IMG/VR virus record: IMGVR_UViG_3300027747_003046
Coordinates: 1 to 64,000 of that record
Reading direction: 5' to 3' (one strand)
Source: a virus
DNA: 64,000 nt
The notes under the pieces were generated by a model. That model did no database searches. It worked only from the letters and a program-made list of their open reading frames with translations, and was not told the origin of the DNA. Position 1 is the stretch's first letter. Every line of letters starts with the position of its first letter. Below, piece by piece: positions 33,425 to 41,731 of this stretch. The position numbers were made by a program, and so were the translations under genes.

Positions 33425-33842
33425 TTACAAGTTATATTGGGATGATATCTGGATGGGCTTGGCAAATGATATCTCCACTAAATCAAGTGATCCACGATTA
33501 AAAGTTGGCGCTGTTATTGTCACCGAAGATAATGAAAGCGTTCTGGCTATTGGTTATAATGGTGATGAAAAAGGTGGAGATAACAAGCCAGATAGTTTAG
33601 AGCCAGGTTGTTCTAATTTCATTCACGCAGAAGTTAATGCTATTGCGAAAATGAATTATAATGATCCAAGACCAAGAAAAATGTATGTTACACATGCACC
33701 GTGTGCTGTTTGTGCTAGATTAATCATTAATTCAAATATCAAGAAAGTAATTTACTGCTATCCATATAGAAGTGAACAAGGCATCGATATTTTAAAGAAA
33801 AGAAACATCGAAGTCTTATCTTGCCATTCAGATTTTGAATGA
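33417..33842 (+). CDS. dCMP deaminase
   Basis: KVGAVIV, IGYNG, HAEVNAI, PCAVC. Confidence 0.92.
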   Translation: MRNYKLYWDDIWMGLANDISTKSSDPRLKVGAVIVTEDNESVLAIGYNGDEKGGDNKPDSLEPGCSNFIHAEVNAIAKMNYNDPRPRKMYVTHAPCAVCARLIINSNIKKVIYCYPYRSEQGIDILKKRNIEVLSCHSDFE

Positions 33843-34108
33843 TTACATTTTCTCTAACTTCCAACCAAGAACAAAAATTAAATCTTTGGTTGGAAGAACA
33901 AGAAAAAATTCTGATTCAAAAACAAAAGATTTCTATGTCAGAATCTGATTGGAAAGACTTAACATCTGATGGTGAATACCCTTATTATGGTGCCATCGGT
34001 GGCGGTATTCAATATATTTTTAATCCAACATCAATCGGAGTTGGCGTAAGGGTAAAATATTTACCAACCGGAGAAGAAATCGATTTAACGGATTACGATG
34101 AATGGTGA
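33839..34108 (+). CDS. conserved phage hypothetical protein
   Basis: GAIGGG..F.PTSIG..DLTDYDEW. Confidence 0.75.
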   Translation: MITFSLTSNQEQKLNLWLEEQEKILIQKQKISMSESDWKDLTSDGEYPYYGAIGGGIQYIFNPTSIGVGVRVKYLPTGEEIDLTDYDEW

Positions 34109-34428
34109 TAGAAATGTCAAACAAAACTCAACTAGAACTCAATTTAGAAATTCGTGTTGATGGACACGACAATAAAACAACAGTTAAAATGCGTAAATAC
34201 GTGGAAACTGGATTCATTCCACAACACGGTATGGAAATTATTGACAGTGGGATTGTTTTCCGAGTAAAATCCATAGCAATGGCTGGTCTTTTAGAATTAA
34301 AACACGTTGCAAATCCAGATTTTCGAAATCCGCAAGGTTTAGCACGTATGTCCAGAACAGCCGATGAAAAATGGTTGAATGACAAAGTGAATAGTTTTAA
34401 AAATCAAGGATGGTCAGTAGTTAAATGA
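34102..34428 (+). CDS. hypothetical protein
   Basis: coupled ORF. Confidence 0.6.
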   Translation: MVIEMSNKTQLELNLEIRVDGHDNKTTVKMRKYVETGFIPQHGMEIIDSGIVFRVKSIAMAGLLELKHVANPDFRNPQGLARMSRTADEKWLNDKVNSFKNQGWSVVK

Positions 34429-34628
34429 AAAAAATTGATGTAGAAACATTTATCGAAACGTTACAGGAAGACTTGGTAGAATTTGAAGAAAACGTACACT
34501 CAGGAACCTTTCAGAATCGTAATGCCCATGAATGGTTTAAGCTTTTAAATGATTGGGTTGAATATGGTTTTTCCCGAAGGGCAACAGAAGAGTGGGAAGA
34601 ATTTGGTGTAGACGAAGACGACAACTGA
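34425..34628 (+). CDS. acidic hypothetical protein
   Basis: ATGA overlap. Confidence 0.6.
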   Translation: MKKIDVETFIETLQEDLVEFEENVHSGTFQNRNAHEWFKLLNDWVEYGFSRRATEEWEEFGVDEDDN

Positions 34629-34635
34629 TCTCCCC

Positions 34636-34664
34636 TTGACAGATCAACCGCTCCATGCTAAGAT
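34636..34664 (+). promoter_or_regulatory. sigma70 promoter TTGACA-N17-TAAGAT for the tRNA cluster
   Basis: consensus; inverted repeat around -10. Confidence 0.8.
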
Positions 34665-34673
34665 GGAGCACAC

Positions 34674-34760
34674 GCCGGGATGGTGGAACTGGCAGACACG
34701 GCAGACTCAAAATCTGCTGCTGGCAACAGCGTGAGGGTTCGACCCCCTCTTCCGGCACCA
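34674..34760 (+). tRNA. trnL: tRNA-Leu(CAA)
   Basis: acceptor GCCGGGA/TTCCGGC, loop CT-CAA-AA, long variable arm, CCA. Confidence 0.93.
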
Positions 34761-34766
34761 TAAATT

Positions 34767-35009
34767 ATGATTACAAAAGAGAAAATTCATCAAATTGGTA
34801 GTTTCATCGGTTCACTACCTGATATTGAAGTTACGTTAAAGTATCTTGTGGTTAATTACTTAAAGCTGTTTACTGAAAACGATAAGTTAAAAAACGAAGT
34901 TCTGAACCTTAAGAAAGAAAACAGCGACCTCTTGACAGAAGCTGCGGATCATGCTAGAATGGTGCAGGAGCTTGAAGCGGAACTAGAAGCATTCAAGACG
35001 ATTCATTAA
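34767..35009 (+). CDS. coiled-coil hypothetical protein
   Basis: 80-aa ORF between tRNAs. Confidence 0.6.
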   Translation: MITKEKIHQIGSFIGSLPDIEVTLKYLVVNYLKLFTENDKLKNEVLNLKKENSDLLTEAADHARMVQELEAELEAFKTIH

Positions 35010-35015
35010 ACCTGT

Positions 35016-35102
35016 GCTCTGATGGTGGAATAGGTAGACACAGCAGACTTAAAATCTGCCGACCGAAAGGTCATGCCGGTTCGATTCCGGCTCGGAGCAC
35101 CA
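35016..35102 (+). tRNA. trnL: tRNA-Leu(TAA)
   Basis: acceptor GCTCTGA/TCGGAGC, loop CT-TAA-AA, CCA. Confidence 0.93.
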
Positions 35103-35105
35103 AAA

Positions 35106-35489
35106 ATGAAAAGTAAAGAAAAAGGCGATATCGCAGTAGCAAAAGCAATTAGCTATTATATGCAAACCGGTTACGAAGTTTTGCTTCCTATTGGGGATAA
35201 ACGACCATATGATTTAGTCCTTGAAGATACTCAAGGAATCTTAATAAAAGTTCAATGCAAATATACTTCTCATGAGAGTGACTATGGTATTTATCAAGTT
35301 CCATTAAGAGTGATGGGTGGTAATCGAAGCTATAATACTGCCAAATCATATGACAAGAAAGATTTCGATATTCTTTTTGTCTATACTTCCGATAGAAGTA
35401 TGTATGCAATACCATTTAAAGACATTACTGCAAAAAATTCTATAAGTCTTGGCGAATTATATTTAAAATATAAAATAATGGAGAATTAG
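35106..35489 (+). CDS. PD-(D/E)XK homing endonuclease (I-Ssp6803I-like)
   Basis: KGDIAVAKAI..GYEVLLPIGD..YDLV..KVQCK. Confidence 0.85.
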   Translation: MKSKEKGDIAVAKAISYYMQTGYEVLLPIGDKRPYDLVLEDTQGILIKVQCKYTSHESDYGIYQVPLRVMGGNRSYNTAKSYDKKDFDILFVYTSDRSMYAIPFKDITAKNSISLGELYLKYKIMEN

Positions 35490-35568
35490 CCCGTTAAAGT
35501 AGGCGGTTCGGTCTGTAAAACCGAAATCTCTTTGATCCAAGTGGGTGCGATTCCCTCATTCTCCACCA
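35480..35568 (+). tRNA. trnY: tRNA-Tyr(GTA)
   Basis: acceptor GGAGAAT/ATTCTCC, loop CT-GTA-AA, variable arm, CCA; atypical D/T loops. Confidence 0.82.
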
Positions 35569-35616
35569 GAGTTTAAACTTTCTCTAAAAAAGTCTTCGTT
35601 AATTAAGGAAATAAAT

Positions 35617-35862
35617 ATGTCATCAAATCGCGCACTAACCTACCTCAAGTCAGAAATTCGTTCACGTGTTCTCGAAAACGGAACAGTATCTGCCGCTGAT
35701 GTTGTTAATGTAATGCGCCTTCACCTTGAAGGATCAGAGCGTGGTGGTTTTGTAACCAAAGCCTTCCGTGACCTAGTAACAGAAGGACTCCTACGTCCAA
35801 CACGTCGTACAGAACTTAACCGTAATACACGTCACCAAGTTACTGTCTATCGCGTTCGCTGA
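35617..35862 (+). CDS. small basic winged-helix-like protein
   Basis: AAGGA RBS; AFRDLVTEGLL..VTVYRVR; terminator at 35900-35927. Confidence 0.7.
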   Translation: MSSNRALTYLKSEIRSRVLENGTVSAADVVNVMRLHLEGSERGGFVTKAFRDLVTEGLLRPTRRTELNRNTRHQVTVYRVR

Positions 35863-35927
35863 TTTAGGCTGATTTGTTAGAAAAATTTAATATCCTTCGA
35901 AACCCACTTAACCGTGGGTTTCTTTTT

Positions 35928-36004
35928 GGACCGGTAGTTCAGTTGGTTAGAATGTCGCTCTGATAAGGCGAAGGTCGATAGTTCAAATCTATCCCGGTCC
36001 ACCA
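35928..36004 (+). tRNA. trnI: tRNA-Ile(GAT)
   Basis: acceptor GGACCGG/CCGGTCC, loop CT-GAT-AA, CCA. Confidence 0.93.
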
Positions 36005-36016
36005 TTTAAGGAACAT

Positions 36017-36562
36017 ATGAATTTTCGTAATGAAACTCGTCGTGAACGATACAATAAAAAGAAAATTATTTCTTCCAAACTACCTATTGAAGTATGTACC
36101 GTAAATTTCAAAGAGGAAGTGAATGTAGCGTTCGTACTTCGTAGTGCTGCTTGTTTTGGAGCAAGTGCTGTAAACGTAATTGGTTCAGTACCAAAGCGTA
36201 AAACACTCGCAACACGTTCAGGAACACTACAAGATTACGTGCCGATTAATCAGTTCAGTAATCCACATGAGTTTCTCCAATACTGTAAACAAAATTCTAT
36301 TAAAATTGTTAGCGCAGAGTTGGACTCAGAAGCTGTATCAATTCATCGATATAATTTCTCGTCTGATCTAGAACAGTATAAAAAGATTTGTGTTGTTGTT
36401 GGTCACGAACAAGTTGGTATTCCCCCGGATATCTTGAAGAATAGTTCAAAGGTCTTTATTGATATGCCAGGAATTGGTTTTTGTTTGAATACAAGTCAGG
36501 CAGCAAACATTTTTCTTTATGAAGTGACTAAACAAATTCTTAATTTAGGTCTAAATAAGTAG
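36017..36562 (+). CDS. SpoU/TrmH-family RNA 2'-O-methyltransferase
   Basis: NVAFVLRSAACFG, VVGHEQVGI, IDMPG..LNTSQAA..LYE. Confidence 0.88.
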   Translation: MNFRNETRRERYNKKKIISSKLPIEVCTVNFKEEVNVAFVLRSAACFGASAVNVIGSVPKRKTLATRSGTLQDYVPINQFSNPHEFLQYCKQNSIKIVSAELDSEAVSIHRYNFSSDLEQYKKICVVVGHEQVGIPPDILKNSSKVFIDMPGIGFCLNTSQAANIFLYEVTKQILNLGLNK

Positions 36563-36571
36563 AAGCTATTG

Positions 36572-36647
36572 GCCACCATAGTTAAAATGGATATAACTCC
36601 TGTTTTGTAATCAGGAATTACAGGATCATACCCTGTTGGTGGCTCCA
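36572..36647 (+). tRNA. trnT: tRNA-Thr(TGT)
   Basis: acceptor GCCACCA/TGGTGGC, loop TT-TGT-AA, CCA; atypical T-loop. Confidence 0.8.
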
Positions 36648-36663
36648 ATTCAAAAATAGCGAC

Positions 36664-37449
36664 TTATTCTACTTCATCTGGTATCTGTTCATTGACTGTC
36701 AACAGGAAGTCAACCAAAGCATAGTATGGAACAGCCATACAAACGTTTTGGAAGTCACTTATACCAGCAAACGTGATACCAACTAACTCACCGTTTTCAT
36801 TTAAAATACCAGAACCAGAACTACCATGCTGTGTTGGTATTGAATATAATGAAGCGTCCGAGTGTACAACACTGGAAAAAGTCTCACCAGCATAATATCC
36901 TTCAAACAATAATACTGCTTTACCATCGGAGATCCCGAATGGAGCAGCAATATTAAAAACTTTTTCCCCTCTTAATGGAGCAACCGGCGAGATCTGAACT
37001 GCCGGTTGCTTTATTTTTGTTACTAGCATCAAACAAATATCGTAAGTGGAGTCCATTGCTATTGTAGAAATTGCGTGTTGAGTATTTTCTACATCTATCG
37101 CTGCTCCGGTGATTGTGATTGGTTTTGCTTCGTCTGGGAACATAGAATCAACTCCACTATCATTACAAACATGCTTGGCAGTTAATACTTTTGTTTCATC
37201 TTTTGTCTGGCCGACTATTATTCCAGAAGCGACAGACTCAGCAACAATATTTCCATCTTTATCATATACTTGTTTTACGATCTTAACAAAAGAATCGTAA
37301 GGAAGTAGTGTCTGATTATGTTTGTGCGTGATATTTATGATCGAGTCTTTAATATCATCTAAACCAACGCAATTAGTGTATGAAACACAGTTTAGTGAGA
37401 AAACAGACAAAGAAAGGATTGCTAGTTTTAGTAAACGATTTATGCTCAT
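36664..37449 (-). CDS. trypsin-like (S1) serine protease with signal peptide
   Basis: LTAKHVC, YDICL, HGSSGSG; hydrophobic N-terminus. Confidence 0.88.
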   Translation of the reverse strand: MSINRLLKLAILSLSVFSLNCVSYTNCVGLDDIKDSIINITHKHNQTLLPYDSFVKIVKQVYDKDGNIVAESVASGIIVGQTKDETKVLTAKHVCNDSGVDSMFPDEAKPITITGAAIDVENTQHAISTIAMDSTYDICLMLVTKIKQPAVQISPVAPLRGEKVFNIAAPFGISDGKAVLLFEGYYAGETFSSVVHSDASLYSIPTQHGSSGSGILNENGELVGITFAGISDFQNVCMAVPYYALVDFLLTVNEQIPDEVE

Positions 37450-37485
37450 AAAAGTAACTAGTGATCTAAAATACAAAGGTATAAT

Positions 37486-38805
37486 ATGAAAAAAATTTAT
37501 GTTCTCGATACAAGTGTTCTCTTAACAAGTGCTAACTCGCTTTTTGGATTTGGTAAGGATGATATTGTCATTCCATTAAAAGTTCTAGAAGAAGTCGACA
37601 AACACAAAAACAGACAAGATTCTGTTGGACAGAATGCCAGAAACGCAATTAAGATTCTCGATACTTTAAGAGAGTCTGGTTCACTACAAGAAGGCGTAAG
37701 AATTCAAAAGGGTAAGGGCATATTACGCTCGGCCGCTCTTGACTCTACACACTTTCCAAAAGATCTAGACCTCTCTGTCCCAGACCATGTTATTATGGCA
37801 ACTGCTTATGCTGTCGCTAAAACGCATCTAGACAAGAAAGTTGTCGTTGTCTCACGCGACGTTAACATGCGTGTTATCTGCGATGCTATTGGATTACAGA
37901 GCGAATCATACGAAGCTAGCCAAGTCATCGCCGATTCAAGCGAACTTTACAGCGGTGTTTGTGAACTAGTTGTTGATGATGAATTTATTGAAAGATTATA
38001 CAGTGGCGAAGGCTTAACGCTGGACGATAAGCAAGCAGATAAGCTATTTCCAAATCAGTTTATCACACTTATATCAAATAAGAACGCAAATAAGTCGGCT
38101 TTAGCCAGATTCCTGGGCAAAGAACTTCCATTAAAGAAAGTACCAGATTTCAAAGGCAGAAGCAAAGCGGTATTTGGTGTTGAATCAAGAAATCGTGAAC
38201 AGAGTTTTGCTTTCGACTTATTGATGGATCCAAATGTGCCAATTGTTACCTTGGTTGGCAAAGCCGGTTCCGGTAAGACCCTCTCCGCAATCGCAGCAGG
38301 AATGGCCCAGCTGCTCGAAAAGGGCACATACACCCGTTTGATCGTCTCCCGCCCCGTTCAGCCATTAGGACGCGATATAGGCTTCCTACCGGGCACATTA
38401 GAAGAGAAGATGATGCCTTGGTTGATTCCAATTCAGGATAATCTTCAATTCCTACTTGGAAACGATAAAGCAACACTTCAAGACTACATGACAAAGGGTA
38501 TGATTGAAATCGAAGCATTAACTTATATTCGTGGTCGTTCAATCGCAAAAGCCTTTATGGTAATCGACGAAGCACAAAACTTGACAGCACACGAACTAAA
38601 AACAATTGTAACTCGTGTTGGTGAAGGAACAAAGATTGTATTAACAGGTGATATTGAACAGATCGATAATATCTATGTTAATGACACCAGCAACGGTCTT
38701 GCTTATGCCGTAGAAAAATTCAAACACGCTACACTAGCTGGACACGTAAGTCTACAAAAGGGTGAACGCAGCTCGGTTGCTACGTTGGCATCAAAGATAT
38801 TGTGA
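37486..38805 (+). CDS. phoH: PIN-PhoH (PhoH2-like) protein
   Basis: VLDTSVL PIN, GKAGSGKT, GFLPG, IRGRS, IDEAQN, GDIEQID. Confidence 0.93.
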   Translation: MKKIYVLDTSVLLTSANSLFGFGKDDIVIPLKVLEEVDKHKNRQDSVGQNARNAIKILDTLRESGSLQEGVRIQKGKGILRSAALDSTHFPKDLDLSVPDHVIMATAYAVAKTHLDKKVVVVSRDVNMRVICDAIGLQSESYEASQVIADSSELYSGVCELVVDDEFIERLYSGEGLTLDDKQADKLFPNQFITLISNKNANKSALARFLGKELPLKKVPDFKGRSKAVFGVESRNREQSFAFDLLMDPNVPIVTLVGKAGSGKTLSAIAAGMAQLLEKGTYTRLIVSRPVQPLGRDIGFLPGTLEEKMMPWLIPIQDNLQFLLGNDKATLQDYMTKGMIEIEALTYIRGRSIAKAFMVIDEAQNLTAHELKTIVTRVGEGTKIVLTGDIEQIDNIYVNDTSNGLAYAVEKFKHATLAGHVSLQKGERSSVATLASKIL

Positions 38806-38971
38806 ATGTTGATAAAATTTGATAATGGTGAATATAAAATGAGTGAAGAATTGAAAAATTTTGTGTTAAAAGAACAAATTATTTCGCTTAATTTTGATAA
38901 TCTAGGAATACCAAATTGTTCCTGTCATGGAATTGCTAGACACAATAAATAAAGTTCTTTGAGGAGTTAAA

Positions 38972-39244
38972 ATGTCAGAAGTGAATCAAGAAGAAAATCC
39001 GCTAGTAAATAAGGTAGTTTTTAAAGAAGGCCCACTTAAAGATATGTTGGTATCTTATGTTGGCGAAAAACTAAAACCAGAAAACGATGAAGTAACAGTT
39101 CATATGATTGTTTCTGTTATTGCCGAAGAGTTTCCTGAATTTGTTTATTTATTGGCAGAAGAGAATTTTCTACGTGGATATCAACAAGCTTTGGACGACG
39201 TAGATAAGTTTAACTCTTCACAAGAAGCTAAACCACAAGGCTAG
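38972..39244 (+). CDS. hypothetical protein
   Basis: GAGGAG RBS, AEENFLRGYQQAL. Confidence 0.75.
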   Translation: MSEVNQEENPLVNKVVFKEGPLKDMLVSYVGEKLKPENDEVTVHMIVSVIAEEFPEFVYLLAEENFLRGYQQALDDVDKFNSSQEAKPQG

Positions 39245-39248
39245 TTCC

Positions 39249-39923
39249 GTGTTCGACAGAACAAGAAGATACATCCAGAAGAACCGTAATCCAATTCAAG
39301 AATATCGAGTTGGAGATACGATTCTTTTGGTTAAAAACCAATTAACAGGCGATATTGATATTAAAAGAGTTCTAGAAATTCTAAAAGGAATGCCTTATGT
39401 CATCATGCAGACAGTTGATGCCATATGTATTGGTGAATTTTTCTTTCTAAAAAAGCGTCAAGTAGATGCCCTGTTTGATGATAGAACAATATACATCACT
39501 AACGTCCAAGAAAGTGAAAGTGAATTCTTAAAGAATCTTGTTCATGAATTGGCTCACGGTTGTGAAGAAACTTATTACGCAGATATCTATGAAGACAGTG
39601 ATATCAAGCAAGAGTTTCTAAACAAGCGTAACCGTATGTATGAAATATTAAATGCATACGGTTATAAAGAAATGCCAAAAGAATCTTATTTAAATGCTGA
39701 ATATGACGAAAATTTCGACCTTTTTCTTTACAAGACTATCGGGTATGCTAAACTTGACAGTCTCATTAGCGGCCTATTTATTTCACCATATGCCGCCACG
39801 TCGTTACGAGAATACTTCGCTAACGGTTTTGAAAAGTTCTTCCTACAAGACAGTGAAGAAGTAAAAAAAATAAGCCCCGCTCTTTACAGAAAGATCTCCC
39901 TTTTCTCGGAAAAACCTGTTTAA
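39249..39923 (+). CDS. zincin-like HExxH protein
   Basis: VHELAH..SLREYFANGFE. Confidence 0.75.
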   Translation: MFDRTRRYIQKNRNPIQEYRVGDTILLVKNQLTGDIDIKRVLEILKGMPYVIMQTVDAICIGEFFFLKKRQVDALFDDRTIYITNVQESESEFLKNLVHELAHGCEETYYADIYEDSDIKQEFLNKRNRMYEILNAYGYKEMPKESYLNAEYDENFDLFLYKTIGYAKLDSLISGLFISPYAATSLREYFANGFEKFFLQDSEEVKKISPALYRKISLFSEKPV

Positions 39924-39996
39924 GTTCGCGACACCCTGTGTTAAGATGGTTGCGAAGGTTTCCGCAAGGATCAACCCTCGTTCACAAGAGGTTTAA

Positions 39997-40812
39997 ATGA
40001 GTTTAAATTATATTTCCTATTCTGCTTGGAAAGATTGGGTTTTTTGTCCAAATAAGTATAAAATTACCCGCGTCGATAAGGTTCGACTCTTCCAAGGTAA
40101 TGAATTTAGCACGTTCGGCACCGCTGTCCATGATACAGTTGAGCATTCCCTTCTTCTTGAAAAGAAAAGGTCCGAATTTGGTTCACTGAAAGATGACAGC
40201 GAAGAATTAGATAAGAAGAAACATTTCCTTAAAAGGTTTGATGAAGAAATCGTCAAGCTAAAAGAATCAAATGTTAAAGTTGATCAAAATCTCGTAGAAG
40301 AGATGAAGAAACAAGGCGAAGAACTTGTTGAATTGGTCATTCCAGAGATTAAGAATGTAATTGGAGAATATGAAATTGTTTCAGCTGAAGAAGAGATTAG
40401 ACAAAATATTGATGGAAATCCAAATTTTGATTTTTACGGTTTTATTGATTCTATCTTTAAGACCCCCGATGGAAAATATCACATCGTTGATTGGAAAACC
40501 TGTTCATGGGGATGGGACATTGAAAAAAAGACAGAAAAAGAAACAACCTATCAATTGACCTATTATAAGCACTTCTTTTGTCAAAAATACAAAATTGATC
40601 CAAAGAATGTTGAAACATATTTTGGTCTGTTAAAGCGTACAGCCAAAAAAGATAAAGTAGAGATCTTCCGCGTTACAAGTGGACCAAAAAAAGTGGATAA
40701 CGCACTTAAAATTCTTGACACTTGTGTTAAAAATGTTGAAAAAGGGAAATTCATTAAGAACAAACTCTCTTGTTCAAAGTGCGAATTTCATAAAACAATT
40801 TATTGTCCATAA
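39997..40812 (+). CDS. PD-(D/E)XK RecB/Cas4-like exonuclease
   Basis: CP, FGTAVH, GFID, IVDWKT, QLTYY, C-terminal CSKC..CP. Confidence 0.9.
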   Translation: MSLNYISYSAWKDWVFCPNKYKITRVDKVRLFQGNEFSTFGTAVHDTVEHSLLLEKKRSEFGSLKDDSEELDKKKHFLKRFDEEIVKLKESNVKVDQNLVEEMKKQGEELVELVIPEIKNVIGEYEIVSAEEEIRQNIDGNPNFDFYGFIDSIFKTPDGKYHIVDWKTCSWGWDIEKKTEKETTYQLTYYKHFFCQKYKIDPKNVETYFGLLKRTAKKDKVEIFRVTSGPKKVDNALKILDTCVKNVEKGKFIKNKLSCSKCEFHKTIYCP

Positions 40813-40843
40813 TGTGTTTATGATCCCACCCTACTATTTATAG

Positions 40844-41731
40844 GTGTTGGAGATCAAACAAGCAATGAAATGTATAATTTGTAGTAGCGAATTCGAAATA
40901 TCAAGAGGACAGGGAAGAAAGATTACTTGTTCTGATAAGTGTAGAAAAATACACAATAATTCTAGAAGAAAAATAACAAACCAAGATCATTTAGAAACAT
41001 TTAATTGTGTCTATTGTGATAAGTTAGTAGTTCGTTACAGAAAGAGAAATGGGTTTTGCTCACGCTCTTGTGCTTCGAAGAAACATATTGAAGATGGAAC
41101 ATATGATAGATGGAAATTAAGAATCCAAGAAAAAATTGGTATCAATAAAAATTGTATAAAATGTGGAACACAGTTTTATTGTGAACCGGCAGATTCAGAA
41201 AGAAAAAAACTTTGTGGTTCAAGAGAATGTCGTAAATCATATATGTCAGAATATATGACATATAACAATCCTTCTTATGGCAAAAAAGAAAAAGAAGGCG
41301 TTAGAGAAAAAGTTAAAAAAACTTTATTAGAAAAATATGGTGTTAAAAATGCTTTTGCCCTTGCTAAACACACATCTCTTTCAAAGCCTCAAAAAGAACT
41401 AATAGAATATTTAAAAAACAATACAAAATACACAATATTTTATGATTTTCCAATTTATACCAAAGAAGATAAGTTATATAAAGCCGATATATACATCAAA
41501 GAACTTAATCAAATAATTGAATTCAATGGAACATATTGGCACGCAGATCCAAGATTTTATAAAGAAGATTTTCTTGTAAAAAAGAAACAAAAATTTTCTA
41601 AACAAATATGGGAAGATGATGAAAAAAGACTTAAAGATCTTGTAGAAATGGGCTATAAAGTGAAAATTATATGGGAATATGATTATAAAATAAATAAAGA
41701 GAATATTCTCACGGAGTTAATTAATGAGTAA
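40844..41731 (+). CDS. free-standing homing endonuclease (Vsr/DUF559-like) with zinc-ribbon repeats
   Basis: TCSDKC/FCSRSC repeats; ADIY..IEFNGTYWH..GYKVKIIWE; start may be ATG 40865. Confidence 0.85.
   Translation: MLEIKQAMKCIICSSEFEISRGQGRKITCSDKCRKIHNNSRRKITNQDHLETFNCVYCDKLVVRYRKRNGFCSRSCASKKHIEDGTYDRWKLRIQEKIGINKNCIKCGTQFYCEPADSERKKLCGSRECRKSYMSEYMTYNNPSYGKKEKEGVREKVKKTLLEKYGVKNAFALAKHTSLSKPQKELIEYLKNNTKYTIFYDFPIYTKEDKLYKADIYIKELNQIIEFNGTYWHADPRFYKEDFLVKKKQKFSKQIWEDDEKRLKDLVEMGYKVKIIWEYDYKINKENILTELINE

Noticed and set aside
34537-34761. Minus-strand ORF MVPEEGVEPSR... (similarly 28240-28425, 10527-10772 and the 5' extensions at 31609, 35073, 35545)
   Set aside because: Translations of tRNA sequence
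35016-35568. Group I intron in a tRNA carrying the PD-(D/E)XK endonuclease
   Set aside because: Both flanking tRNAs are complete and uninterrupted, and no P/Q/R/S core is visible; the nuclease is free-standing
39997-40812. Cas4 as evidence of a CRISPR system
   Set aside because: Stand-alone Cas4/RecB-like nucleases are common in phages; no array or other cas genes
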